A stretch of 64,000 nt of DNA from Candidatus Pacearchaeota archaeon. Its GTDB lineage: Archaea > Nanobdellota > Nanobdellia > Pacearchaeales > GW2011-AR1. The notes under the pieces are model-generated. The model saw nothing but the letters and a program-made list of their open reading frames with translations. It was not told where the DNA came from and searched no databases. Position 1 is the stretch's first letter, and each line of letters opens with the position of its first letter. The DNA is taken from contig JBAZYP010000001.1 in the NCBI GenBank assembly GCA_041659265.1, positions 128,817 to 192,816 of the forward strand. Reading direction: 5' to 3'. Positions 56,755 to 64,000 of this stretch are shown piece by piece. Position numbers and translations under genes: made by a program.

Positions 56755-58032
56755 ATGGTAAAAATAGGTATAATTGGTGGAAGTGGTTTAGATGATCCAA
56801 AATTACTTACAGATTATTCAGAAAATGATATGGATACACCCTATGGGAAACCAAGTTCTAAAGTTACAATAGGGAGATTATTTGGAGCAGAAGTATGCAT
56901 AATTGCTAGACATGGGAAGGGACACTCTATACCTCCTTCACAGGTAAATTACAGAGCGAATATTTATGCATTAAAAATGCTTGGATGTGATTATATTTTA
57001 GCAACAAGCGCTGTTGGTTCACTTAGGGATGAAATTGAACCGGGTAATTTAGTATTTCCGAATCAATTTATTGATTTTACAAAACAAAGAAAAATGACTT
57101 TTTATGATTCTTCAGGAGTAGTTCATACTCCCATGGCTCAACCTTTTTCAAGTAAATTAAGATATTTACTAGCAGATGTTTGTAATGAATTAAATTTAAA
57201 ATTTAATTTAGATACAACTGTAATTACAATAGAGGGACCTAGATTTTCTTCTAAAGCTGAAAGTCATGTTTTTAGAGCATGGGGTGCAGATATAATAAAT
57301 ATGTCAACATGTCCTGAAGTAATTCTTGCTAATGAATTATCAATTCCTTATCAAACAATAGCAATGTCTACTGATTATGATTGTTGGAAAGCAAATGAAG
57401 AACCTGTTAGTTGGGAGATGATTGTAAAAAGAATGGAAGAGAATTCTGATAAAGTTAAAAAATTATTATTAAGGACAATAGATAAGTTGGTAAATTATGA
57501 TGAGGAATTTGTAAAAAGCAGAATAAGAACAATTCCTAATTATCCTAAACAAGGAATAATGTTTAGGGATATAACTACTTTATTAAAGGATTCAGAAGGT
57601 TTTTCTAAAGTAATAGATATATTATATAATAGGTATAAAAACAAGAAAATTGATGTTATAGCAGGGATTGAATCCAGAGGTTTTATTATTGGAGGAGTTC
57701 TTGCAAGTAAGTTGGGTTTAGGATTTATTCCTATTAGAAAAAAAGGCAAATTACCTTCTGAAGTTGTTAGAGAAGAATATGAATTGGAATATGGGACTGA
57801 TGTAATTGAGATTCATAAAGATTCTTTAAAATATGGTGAAAGAGTTTTACTTATTGATGATTTAATAGCAACAGGTGGAACGTGTCTAGCTGCATGCAGA
57901 CTTATTGAAAAATTAGGCGGAATTGTAGATGAATGTTGTTTTGTTATTGATTTACCTGATCTAAAAGGAAGTGAAAAACTAAAAAATAATGGTTATAATG
58001 TTTTTTCTATTGTGGAATTTGAAGGTGAATAA
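56755..58032 (+). CDS. bifunctional fusion: S-methyl-5'-thioadenosine phosphorylase (N-terminal) and adenine phosphoribosyltransferase (C-terminal)
   Basis: Residues 1 to about 250 match MTAP/PNP ([40 protein letters not shown]). Residues about 258 to 425 match APRT ([34 protein letters not shown]). The ORF is single and uninterrupted. Confidence 0.85.
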   Translation: MVKIGIIGGSGLDDPKLLTDYSENDMDTPYGKPSSKVTIGRLFGAEVCIIARHGKGHSIPPSQVNYRANIYALKMLGCDYILATSAVGSLRDEIEPGNLVFPNQFIDFTKQRKMTFYDSSGVVHTPMAQPFSSKLRYLLADVCNELNLKFNLDTTVITIEGPRFSSKAESHVFRAWGADIINMSTCPEVILANELSIPYQTIAMSTDYDCWKANEEPVSWEMIVKRMEENSDKVKKLLLRTIDKLVNYDEEFVKSRIRTIPNYPKQGIMFRDITTLLKDSEGFSKVIDILYNRYKNKKIDVIAGIESRGFIIGGVLASKLGLGFIPIRKKGKLPSEVVREEYELEYGTDVIEIHKDSLKYGERVLLIDDLIATGGTCLAACRLIEKLGGIVDECCFVIDLPDLKGSEKLKNNGYNVFSIVEFEGE

Positions 58033-58092
58033 AATTATTAGATTTAAATAATCTGGTTTATTTAATATTAATAAAAAGAGGGTTGAAATGTT

Positions 58093-59046
58093 ATGAAAAA
58101 TGAGAGTTTTATAAAAATAGAAAATGAAAGTTTTTATACTTCTCCACCTTATAATTATAGGCCTTCTATTGCTGAATATCTTACTACATTTAAAGTTACA
58201 AGCAATAGTTTTATTGCTAGTGTAATGTATCTAGATAATCATAAAAATCTAAAAATTTTAAAATTTGAAAAAGATTTTTTTTTAATCAAGTTAATTGATA
58301 ATAAAAATTTAAAACAAGATGAAATAATTATTTGGGATTATTTATCTTCTTTAGAAAATAATAATGAAATTAAATTTTATTTTAGAAATATTCCTAAAAA
58401 AGTATTGAATAATTTTCATTATGTTTCTATGTATATAACTTATAATGAACTAGGAACAGAATATATTAAAAAATTTAATAGATTGCCTGATGAAAATATA
58501 AAACCTCTTGGATTAAATATCAGCAGGATAATTCTTGGAGTCTTTTTTTCAATGTTTAATTTTCTTGGTATTCTTTCTTTTTTATTATTATTTTTTGGTT
58601 TAAGAAAAATGTCTGAAGAAAAAAAGGAAATAAACTTTTTTTTAAAGAAATTTATTTGGAGATATGTAAGAATTAATCTGGTTTATCTCTTCTTTATTTT
58701 TTTACCCATTATTTTTATTTCTGCAATATTAAATGATTTAGATTCAAGTACATTGAGTTACTATAGTAATTTTATAGGCAATTATATTTTCCTTATTCCA
58801 TTTATTTTTTTAGCAATAGTTCTATTGTATTTATTTATATTTTATCAATTTTGTATAATCTTGTATGATTATATTTGTTGGTTATATGAATCTAAAGAAG
58901 CAGCTGAACATAGAAGAAATTGGCTAGAATTCAAATTATTTGTTATTAAACAATCTGAAATTGAAAAATCTCCCCTTTCTTATTATAAATTATGGGGTCC
59001 TTTTTATTATTATACGCTTGCAGTTGGTGGAATAGAAAAATATTAA
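58093..59046 (+). CDS. hypothetical membrane protein (soluble N-terminal domain plus several TM helices)
   Basis: The call rests on its hydrophobic profile. I recognise no catalytic motif. Confidence 0.5.
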   Translation: MKNESFIKIENESFYTSPPYNYRPSIAEYLTTFKVTSNSFIASVMYLDNHKNLKILKFEKDFFLIKLIDNKNLKQDEIIIWDYLSSLENNNEIKFYFRNIPKKVLNNFHYVSMYITYNELGTEYIKKFNRLPDENIKPLGLNISRIILGVFFSMFNFLGILSFLLLFFGLRKMSEEKKEINFFLKKFIWRYVRINLVYLFFIFLPIIFISAILNDLDSSTLSYYSNFIGNYIFLIPFIFLAIVLLYLFIFYQFCIILYDYICWLYESKEAAEHRRNWLEFKLFVIKQSEIEKSPLSYYKLWGPFYYYTLAVGGIEKY

Positions 59047-59125
59047 ATATTTTTAAATAGTTCTTCAAAATATATTTATCTTCGATATATGATAGATTTA
59101 TAAAGTATATTTTTTTTTGTTTTAT

Positions 59126-60016
59126 ATGATAGAAAAATTTGGTGTATTATTTGAAAAATCATTTAAGGAATATAAGGAAAATTTTGAGACTTTTCTAGTG
59201 ATACTTGTAATATTATCATTAATACCTTCTTTATTTATGTATTTATTCAGTTATAATTTTGGAAGTTATATGCAAGTTTTAAATGAGGATAGTCCCTTTG
59301 AACAAATAAATGAACATATTATGAATTATCCCTATCTAATTCCTTTAATAATTTTGGTGATTATTGTATCTCTATTAAGTTGCTGGTTAGCTACTACTCT
59401 AATTTATTATTCATTAAATGCTAGTAAAAATAAAAAATTGAGTATAATCGATAGTTTACAAGGGGGAGCTAAGAATTTTTTTAAATATCTTGGTATGATG
59501 ATATTATTCGGATTAATTTTATTTTTATTTTTAATTCCTTTGTTTATACTGTTTGCATTTTTATATTATGGCAATAATACTTATCTAATGTTTTATTTTA
59601 TTTTTGTTGCAGTATTATATGTAATTTTATTTATACCTTTTATTATGTTTATTGTTTATTGGATATTTGCACCTTATTTTTTAATAGATCAGAAAAAAAG
59701 CATTATTGATTCTATAAGGGCGAGTAAACAGTTAGTTGAAAATTATTGGTTTGAAACATTAGCTTATTTAATATTTATCTTGGTTATAACAATAGTTATT
59801 TCCATACCGTTTTCTTTATTTTTGAAAGGGATTAAGTATTTTATAGATTATATTTTTATTTTAGGATTAATTGAATTAATATTAAATTTTTTAATTTCAA
59901 TTATCACTTACCCATTAATCACTCTTTTTATTAAGAATCTTTATTTAGAAATGAAAAATGAAAAAGATAAGAAAATAGATAGTAAATCTAGAAAGAAGAA
60001 AAAGAAAAATGAATAA
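59126..60016 (+). CDS. hypothetical multi-pass membrane protein with K-rich tail
   Basis: The track start at 59117 is TTG; the ATG is at 59126. It has six or more hydrophobic segments. Confidence 0.5.
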   Translation: MIEKFGVLFEKSFKEYKENFETFLVILVILSLIPSLFMYLFSYNFGSYMQVLNEDSPFEQINEHIMNYPYLIPLIILVIIVSLLSCWLATTLIYYSLNASKNKKLSIIDSLQGGAKNFFKYLGMMILFGLILFLFLIPLFILFAFLYYGNNTYLMFYFIFVAVLYVILFIPFIMFIVYWIFAPYFLIDQKKSIIDSIRASKQLVENYWFETLAYLIFILVITIVISIPFSLFLKGIKYFIDYIFILGLIELILNFLISIITYPLITLFIKNLYLEMKNEKDKKIDSKSRKKKKKNE

Positions 60017-60308
60017 TTTAAAGAAAACTCTTTTATTAACAATAATTTTTTCATTTATTGCAATTTTTATTGCAAGTTATATAAGAATAACTGCTATATC
60101 TCAATTAAATCTCTATTGTTCATATTTAAATCCATTAATAATTGATATTTTAGCAACTTTATTTGCTATATTTTTAATATTAGAGGGTTCTTTTAGGATA
60201 TATGAACATCCTAATGCTATATTAAAAAGACAATATACTAGGATAATGAGGATTGTAATAGGGTTTGCAATATTAACTCTTCATACATTTGAATTTTTCT
60301 ATGGTTAA
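60009..60308 (+). CDS. small membrane protein (tandem paralog 1)
   Basis: It shares the ...I.DIL....AIFL..EG..RI.EHPNA.LKRQ.TRI.R...GF.I..LH motif with the next gene. Confidence 0.5.
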   Translation: MNNLKKTLLLTIIFSFIAIFIASYIRITAISQLNLYCSYLNPLIIDILATLFAIFLILEGSFRIYEHPNAILKRQYTRIMRIVIGFAILTLHTFEFFYG

Positions 60309-60642
60309 AAAAAAGAAATATCGTAAAGAAGATGTGAAACAATTGAAAAAGACATTGCGTCTAACGCTTTGGTTATGCATCTTTTTCCCATTTTTAATAA
60401 CGGTTATTCAATTAAATGGAAATAATGAAGATAAAATGAATAGATGCAATTCTCAAGATCCAATAATTGTTGATATATTATCTTTTATTGTTGCTATTTT
60501 TTTAACTGTTGAAGGTTTTTGCAGGATAATAGAACATCCTAATGCTACATTAAAAAGACAGTTTACAAGGATAATAAGAGTTGGCTTTGGATTTACTATA
60601 TTTTCATTACATATGATTCATAGTATTAATAAATTATTTTAA
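60301..60642 (+). CDS. small membrane protein (tandem paralog 2)
   Basis: See 60009..60308. The track start at 60289 is TTG; the ATG is at 60301. Confidence 0.5.
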   Translation: MVKKKKYRKEDVKQLKKTLRLTLWLCIFFPFLITVIQLNGNNEDKMNRCNSQDPIIVDILSFIVAIFLTVEGFCRIIEHPNATLKRQFTRIIRVGFGFTIFSLHMIHSINKLF

Positions 60643-60750
60643 TCTTAATCTTTGTTCAAAGTTATAAAAACTTAGAACAAGAACGTAACGATTAAATCTA
60701 AAAAGAATCAATAAATTTTCAAACAGACACATTTTGGAGGAGATTATACT

Positions 60751-61164
60751 TTAAGCAGTAAGAACAATAAGTTTAGTATTTCCCAGATTTGTTCTTTTTA
60801 TAATTCCTCTAAATTCTAATTCTGAAATTATTCTAGAAATCTTAACTTTATTTATACCTGTTAAAGCAACTAATTTATTTTGTTCAATTGAGTTATTGTT
60901 TTCAATTAATATTTTCATTATTTTATTTTGGGGCTCTGGTAAAATTTTTATAACTCTATTTAATTGAATCTTATTTAATTTGGTTTGGAATAATAATACT
61001 ATTATTCCTCCAGCTATTATAGATATAAATGAAATTGCATAGACTATTAATGGCAATTGAGATTCTGTTTCTTCAGCATAATAACCATTAACAATTGCAA
61101 ACATTACTCCAAGTAAGAATACTAATAAAAATGCAATTAATAATCGAGTTTTAGAAACTTCCAT
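60751..61164 (-). CDS. membrane-anchored winged-helix transcriptional regulator
   Basis: It has two N-terminal TM helices and a C-terminal wHTH IEQNKLVALTGINKVKISRIISELEFRGIIKRTNLGNTKLIVL. Confidence 0.6.
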   Translation of the reverse strand: MEVSKTRLLIAFLLVFLLGVMFAIVNGYYAEETESQLPLIVYAISFISIIAGGIIVLLFQTKLNKIQLNRVIKILPEPQNKIMKILIENNNSIEQNKLVALTGINKVKISRIISELEFRGIIKRTNLGNTKLIVLTA

Positions 61165-61165
61165 T

Positions 61166-61396
61166 TTAATCAAAGATATCTTTTTTTAATTTTTGATATT
61201 CTTTTTTAGTAAGTTCTCCATTTGCATATCTTCTATTTAAGATATCTAGGGCTGATTCTTTTGGTTTACTTGATTTTAAAACCCAAAAGATTACTAGAAA
61301 AAATAAGATAAGTATACCTAATTGAATTAACCATCCATATGGATGAATTCCAATAAGTTTTCCAAGTTTTAATGGCATTGTATTAATATAAGTCAT
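61166..61396 (-). CDS. SHOCT-domain membrane protein
   Basis: It has one TM helix followed by LDILNRRYANGELTKKEYQKLKKDI (SHOCT motif). The likely start is the ATG at 61396, because the upstream extension is poly-F/I. Confidence 0.6.
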   Translation of the reverse strand: MTYINTMPLKLGKLIGIHPYGWLIQLGILILFFLVIFWVLKSSKPKESALDILNRRYANGELTKKEYQKLKKDIFD

Positions 61397-61455
61397 TTTA
61401 ATGGTTATAAAAGTTTTTCTATTAAAAAAAATAAAAATAAAAATAAAAAATTTCT

Positions 61456-61878
61456 TTATTGTACAAGATTTGGACAATTTCCATTGTTTTTCATGCCTTT
61501 ATTCATGCCTTTTTTTAAGCCATTATTTGAACCAGTTGTCTTAGATTTCATTTGACCTTGGCCTAAACCAAGTTCTTTTCTTATTTCATTTGCTTTATCT
61601 AAGTCACCTGCTTCAATTGCATTGTGGGCTTCAACAAACTTTGGGAAATTTTCCTTTGTAACAACATCTACAACTCTTGGATGATTGGTATTTTCAGTCA
61701 TTAAACTATACCAAGCTTCATAGTCTAGATTATCCATTGCTTTTTCCATAGCTACGTGTCTTTCTTCACTATAGTTTGGACCTTTTTTTGTAGGGTCTCC
61801 TTGATAAGCCAGGACTAAACCTGAACCTATTAATAAAGCAACAGCTAATATTGATATTGCTGCTATTATTTTTTTCAT
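61456..61878 (-). CDS. secreted helical protein (hypothetical), first gene of the operon with the SHOCT and wHTH genes
   Basis: It has the signal peptide MKKIIAAISILAVALLIGSGLVLA and a G/K/N-rich tail ending in C. Confidence 0.5.
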   Translation of the reverse strand: MKKIIAAISILAVALLIGSGLVLAYQGDPTKKGPNYSEERHVAMEKAMDNLDYEAWYSLMTENTNHPRVVDVVTKENFPKFVEAHNAIEAGDLDKANEIRKELGLGQGQMKSKTTGSNNGLKKGMNKGMKNNGNCPNLVQ

Positions 61879-61938
61879 TGTTTTGTTTTTGATCTCCTTT
61901 CAATGCCTTAACCTAGGGCTTTCATACGTTTCTATAGA

Positions 61939-62011
61939 TGAAACAAGATATCTGTTTTTATGAAACGAGTTTTTAAGAATGTGAAACGAGTACTTAATAC
62001 TATGAAACTAG
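61939..62011. promoter_or_regulatory. four phased direct repeats TGAAAC(A/G/T)AG (spacing 22, 21, 21 bp) in a divergent promoter region
   Basis: tgaaac starts at 61939, 61961, 61982 and 62003, between the 61878 (-) and 62073 (+) genes. Confidence 0.45.
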
Positions 62012-62072
62012 TTAGAAATAGGCGGTTTTTTAATATGGAAAAATCTATATATTAGCTTAACTTGATAAATTT

Positions 62073-62270
62073 ATGAAAGCATCCAAGGTAGTTGATATAA
62101 CTTTTGGTGAAATTTTTCAATTTGGATATTTGGTGATATCTTTTTTATTTGTTTCATTAGGTGCAATTCTTGCTGAACTTTTCATGTTATTTAGAACTGG
62201 AATAGTCATGATTGTAGGTTTTATAATATTTAAGATAATATATTTTGGTTTAGAACCTAAAGGGGTTTAG
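62073..62270 (+). CDS. small two-TM membrane protein (hypothetical)
   Basis: This is a 65-aa ORF with two hydrophobic helices. Confidence 0.35.
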   Translation: MKASKVVDITFGEIFQFGYLVISFLFVSLGAILAELFMLFRTGIVMIVGFIIFKIIYFGLEPKGV

Positions 62271-62274
62271 TTTT

Positions 62275-62643
62275 TTATTTTTCTTTAAAATTTAAAGCTA
62301 GGGAATTTATGCAATATCTTTTATTTGTTGGTTTTGGTCCATCATTGAATATATGACCTAAATGAGACTTACATTTTTTACATATTACTTCAGTTCTATT
62401 TAAATCAAGTGAATTATCAGAAATAAACTCAACAGAATTTTTAATTGAATCATTAAAACTTGGCCAACCTGAATTCGAATCATATTTTGTTATAGAATTA
62501 AATAGGGGATTATTACAATATGAACAAGAATATATGCCTTTTTTCTTGTTATATAATAATTTACCTGAAAAAGGTTTTTCAGTTGCTTTATTTTTTAAAA
62601 TTTCTAATTGCTCTTTTGACAGAGGTATTGGATTATTTTTCAT
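62275..62643 (-). CDS. msrB: peptide-methionine (R)-S-oxide reductase
   Basis: It has two CxxC pairs (CSYC, CKKC), GWPSF, HLGHIFNDGP and RYCINS. Confidence 0.9.
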   Translation of the reverse strand: MKNNPIPLSKEQLEILKNKATEKPFSGKLLYNKKKGIYSCSYCNNPLFNSITKYDSNSGWPSFNDSIKNSVEFISDNSLDLNRTEVICKKCKSHLGHIFNDGPKPTNKRYCINSLALNFKEK

Positions 62644-62712
62644 TATAATAATAAGTTCATCTAGAATATAAATATTAAGAAGTAAAGTTGAATTAAGGCT
62701 TGAAAATGAGGT

Positions 62713-63147
62713 TTACTTTATATCTACAATTTTAATTTTAAATATAAGTTTTTTACCTGCTAAAGGATGATTGAAATCTAACGTGATATTATCTCCTGAA
62801 ACTTTATCTACAACAACTGGAAATTGCCTACCATCATTAGTAGAAACCATAATTGTTGAACCTTTTTCAACTTCACCATCTGCAACAAGCATTTTTTTTG
62901 GAATATCTTTTTTAAGTTGAGAATTATATTCTCCATAAGCATCTTTAGGTTCAATAGAAAACTCCTTTTCTTCGTCTTTTTTCATTCCTAAAACTGCTTT
63001 ATCAAATCCAGGAATAACCATTCCTGAACCAACAACAAATTCTAATGGATGAGAATGGTCTCCATGTTTTGATGAATCAAATATTGTTCCGTCATCTAGT
63101 CTACCTTCATAGTCTAGTGTTACTTTATCATTGTTTTTAATTGTCAT
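62713..63147 (-). CDS. slyD: FKBP-type peptidyl-prolyl cis-trans isomerase (SlyD-like, with IF insert)
   Basis: It has VTLDYEGRLDDGTIFDSS, GSGMVIPGFDKAVLGM and NHPLAGKKLIFKIKIVDI. Confidence 0.9.
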   Translation of the reverse strand: MTIKNNDKVTLDYEGRLDDGTIFDSSKHGDHSHPLEFVVGSGMVIPGFDKAVLGMKKDEEKEFSIEPKDAYGEYNSQLKKDIPKKMLVADGEVEKGSTIMVSTNDGRQFPVVVDKVSGDNITLDFNHPLAGKKLIFKIKIVDIK

Positions 63148-63221
63148 AACATATCTTATAAATATGGGTTTATAAGGGTTTTGGAAAAAGAAAGATATTA
63201 GAATATATTATTAATATTATA

Positions 63222-64000
63222 TTAAAAATCCCCTAAACTTGTTTGTTTTTTTCCTTCTAAAAGTTCACTTGGTTTTATATCAAAGACTTCTAGGATATTT
63301 TCAACTGCTGGAAGCAGTTGATTATCTAGATAATAATCAATATCATAAAGACCTTCTTCATCAGGGAGTTTAGCACGTTCTCTAATCAATTGCTTGGATT
63401 TACCATTCTTTTTTTTGTTATGGGATGCAGATTCTGAGATATAATATTCCATTAACATACCAATTTCAGTTCTAATGTTTCTTTCTTTCATTTTTTTTGC
63501 AATAGTTACATGAGGGGATTCTGATTTATATTCTTCAATTGATTTTTTTAATTGAGTTCTAATAAGAAGCTGTTTAAGTGGTATTTTTCTTTCTTTTAAT
63601 TTTTTAATTATATCTTTTACATATTCTATTGCATGTTCTTTTGTTCCTTCATTTAAGATAAAATCTAGAACATTATTTTGAGTAACTCTTGCTAGTTCAC
63701 ACCAATCTCTTCTAACTGTTTCAAATCCTCTTATCTTTAGTTTTCCTTCTTCAGTAATTAAAGCATATTTCTTTTTTGCACCAAAATCTCCTGTTCTTTT
63801 TGTTACCCATATACCTCTTTTATAAAAATCTTCTAAATCAAGTTCCATAATTCCTGGAAGAGATTCATTGATTTCTTTTAATGTTTGAAGGACTTCTTTT
63901 TTTGAATTTTTATCTCTTAAGAATGCAATTGAATCAGTATCAGAATAGACTACTTCATATCCTTTTTTTTCTATTGTTTCAATTGTTTCATGGATATATT
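63222..64000 (-). CDS. polB: family B DNA polymerase, C-terminal part (5' end outside window)
   Basis: The frame stays open upstream of the listed Met to the window edge. Translation gives ...GYEVVYSDTDSIAF (motif C, YxDTDS) and KKKYALI (KxY motif). Confidence 0.85.
   Translation of the reverse strand, partial: YIHETIETIEKKGYEVVYSDTDSIAFLRDKNSKKEVLQTLKEINESLPGIMELDLEDFYKRGIWVTKRTGDFGAKKKYALITEEGKLKIRGFETVRRDWCELARVTQNNVLDFILNEGTKEHAIEYVKDIIKKLKERKIPLKQLLIRTQLKKSIEEYKSESPHVTIAKKMKERNIRTEIGMLMEYYISESASHNKKKNGKSKQLIRERAKLPDEEGLYDIDYYLDNQLLPAVENILEVFDIKPSELLEGKKQTSLGDF

Overview
The window is a very AT-rich archaeal chromosome segment (GC in the high 20s percent by eye). Archaeal markers include TFS, family B DNA polymerase, CDC48/VAT, MetAP type 2, an ER/archaeal-type signal peptidase, AAAGTTTATAAA-like BRE/TATA boxes about 30 nt upstream of start codons, and a tRNA without encoded CCA. 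Gene content fits a small-genome, host-dependent DPANN-type archaeon (Woese-/Pace-/Nanoarchaeota-like), but that placement is inference. Housekeeping genes are topA, serS, uppS, nth, tfs, cdc48, dut, map, msrB, an FKBP PPIase, partial polB, a NOP2/Sun RNA methyltransferase and tRNA-Lys(CUU). Nucleotide salvage is prominent, with an MTAP-APRT fusion, dUTPase and P-loop kinases. There are three toxin-antitoxin-like modules: VapBC, RelE with a small antitoxin, and an AbrB-nucleotidyltransferase protein. The surface proteome is very large. It includes two stand-alone beta-helix proteins, a three-gene secreted-protein operon, and a roughly 14.8 kb gene (36784-51580) built from six paralogous beta-helix cassettes and broken by a 1-nt frameshift. 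The most unusual sequence-level signal is a recurring tandem duplication of gene 3' tails together with their terminator hairpins, seen at five or more loci including the tRNA. Other leads are two promoter- and leader-conserved Cys-rich secreted peptides next to a radical SAM enzyme, a P-loop/CYTH-like/P-loop operon, and phased operator-like repeats. I found no rRNA, CRISPR array, transposase or integrase.
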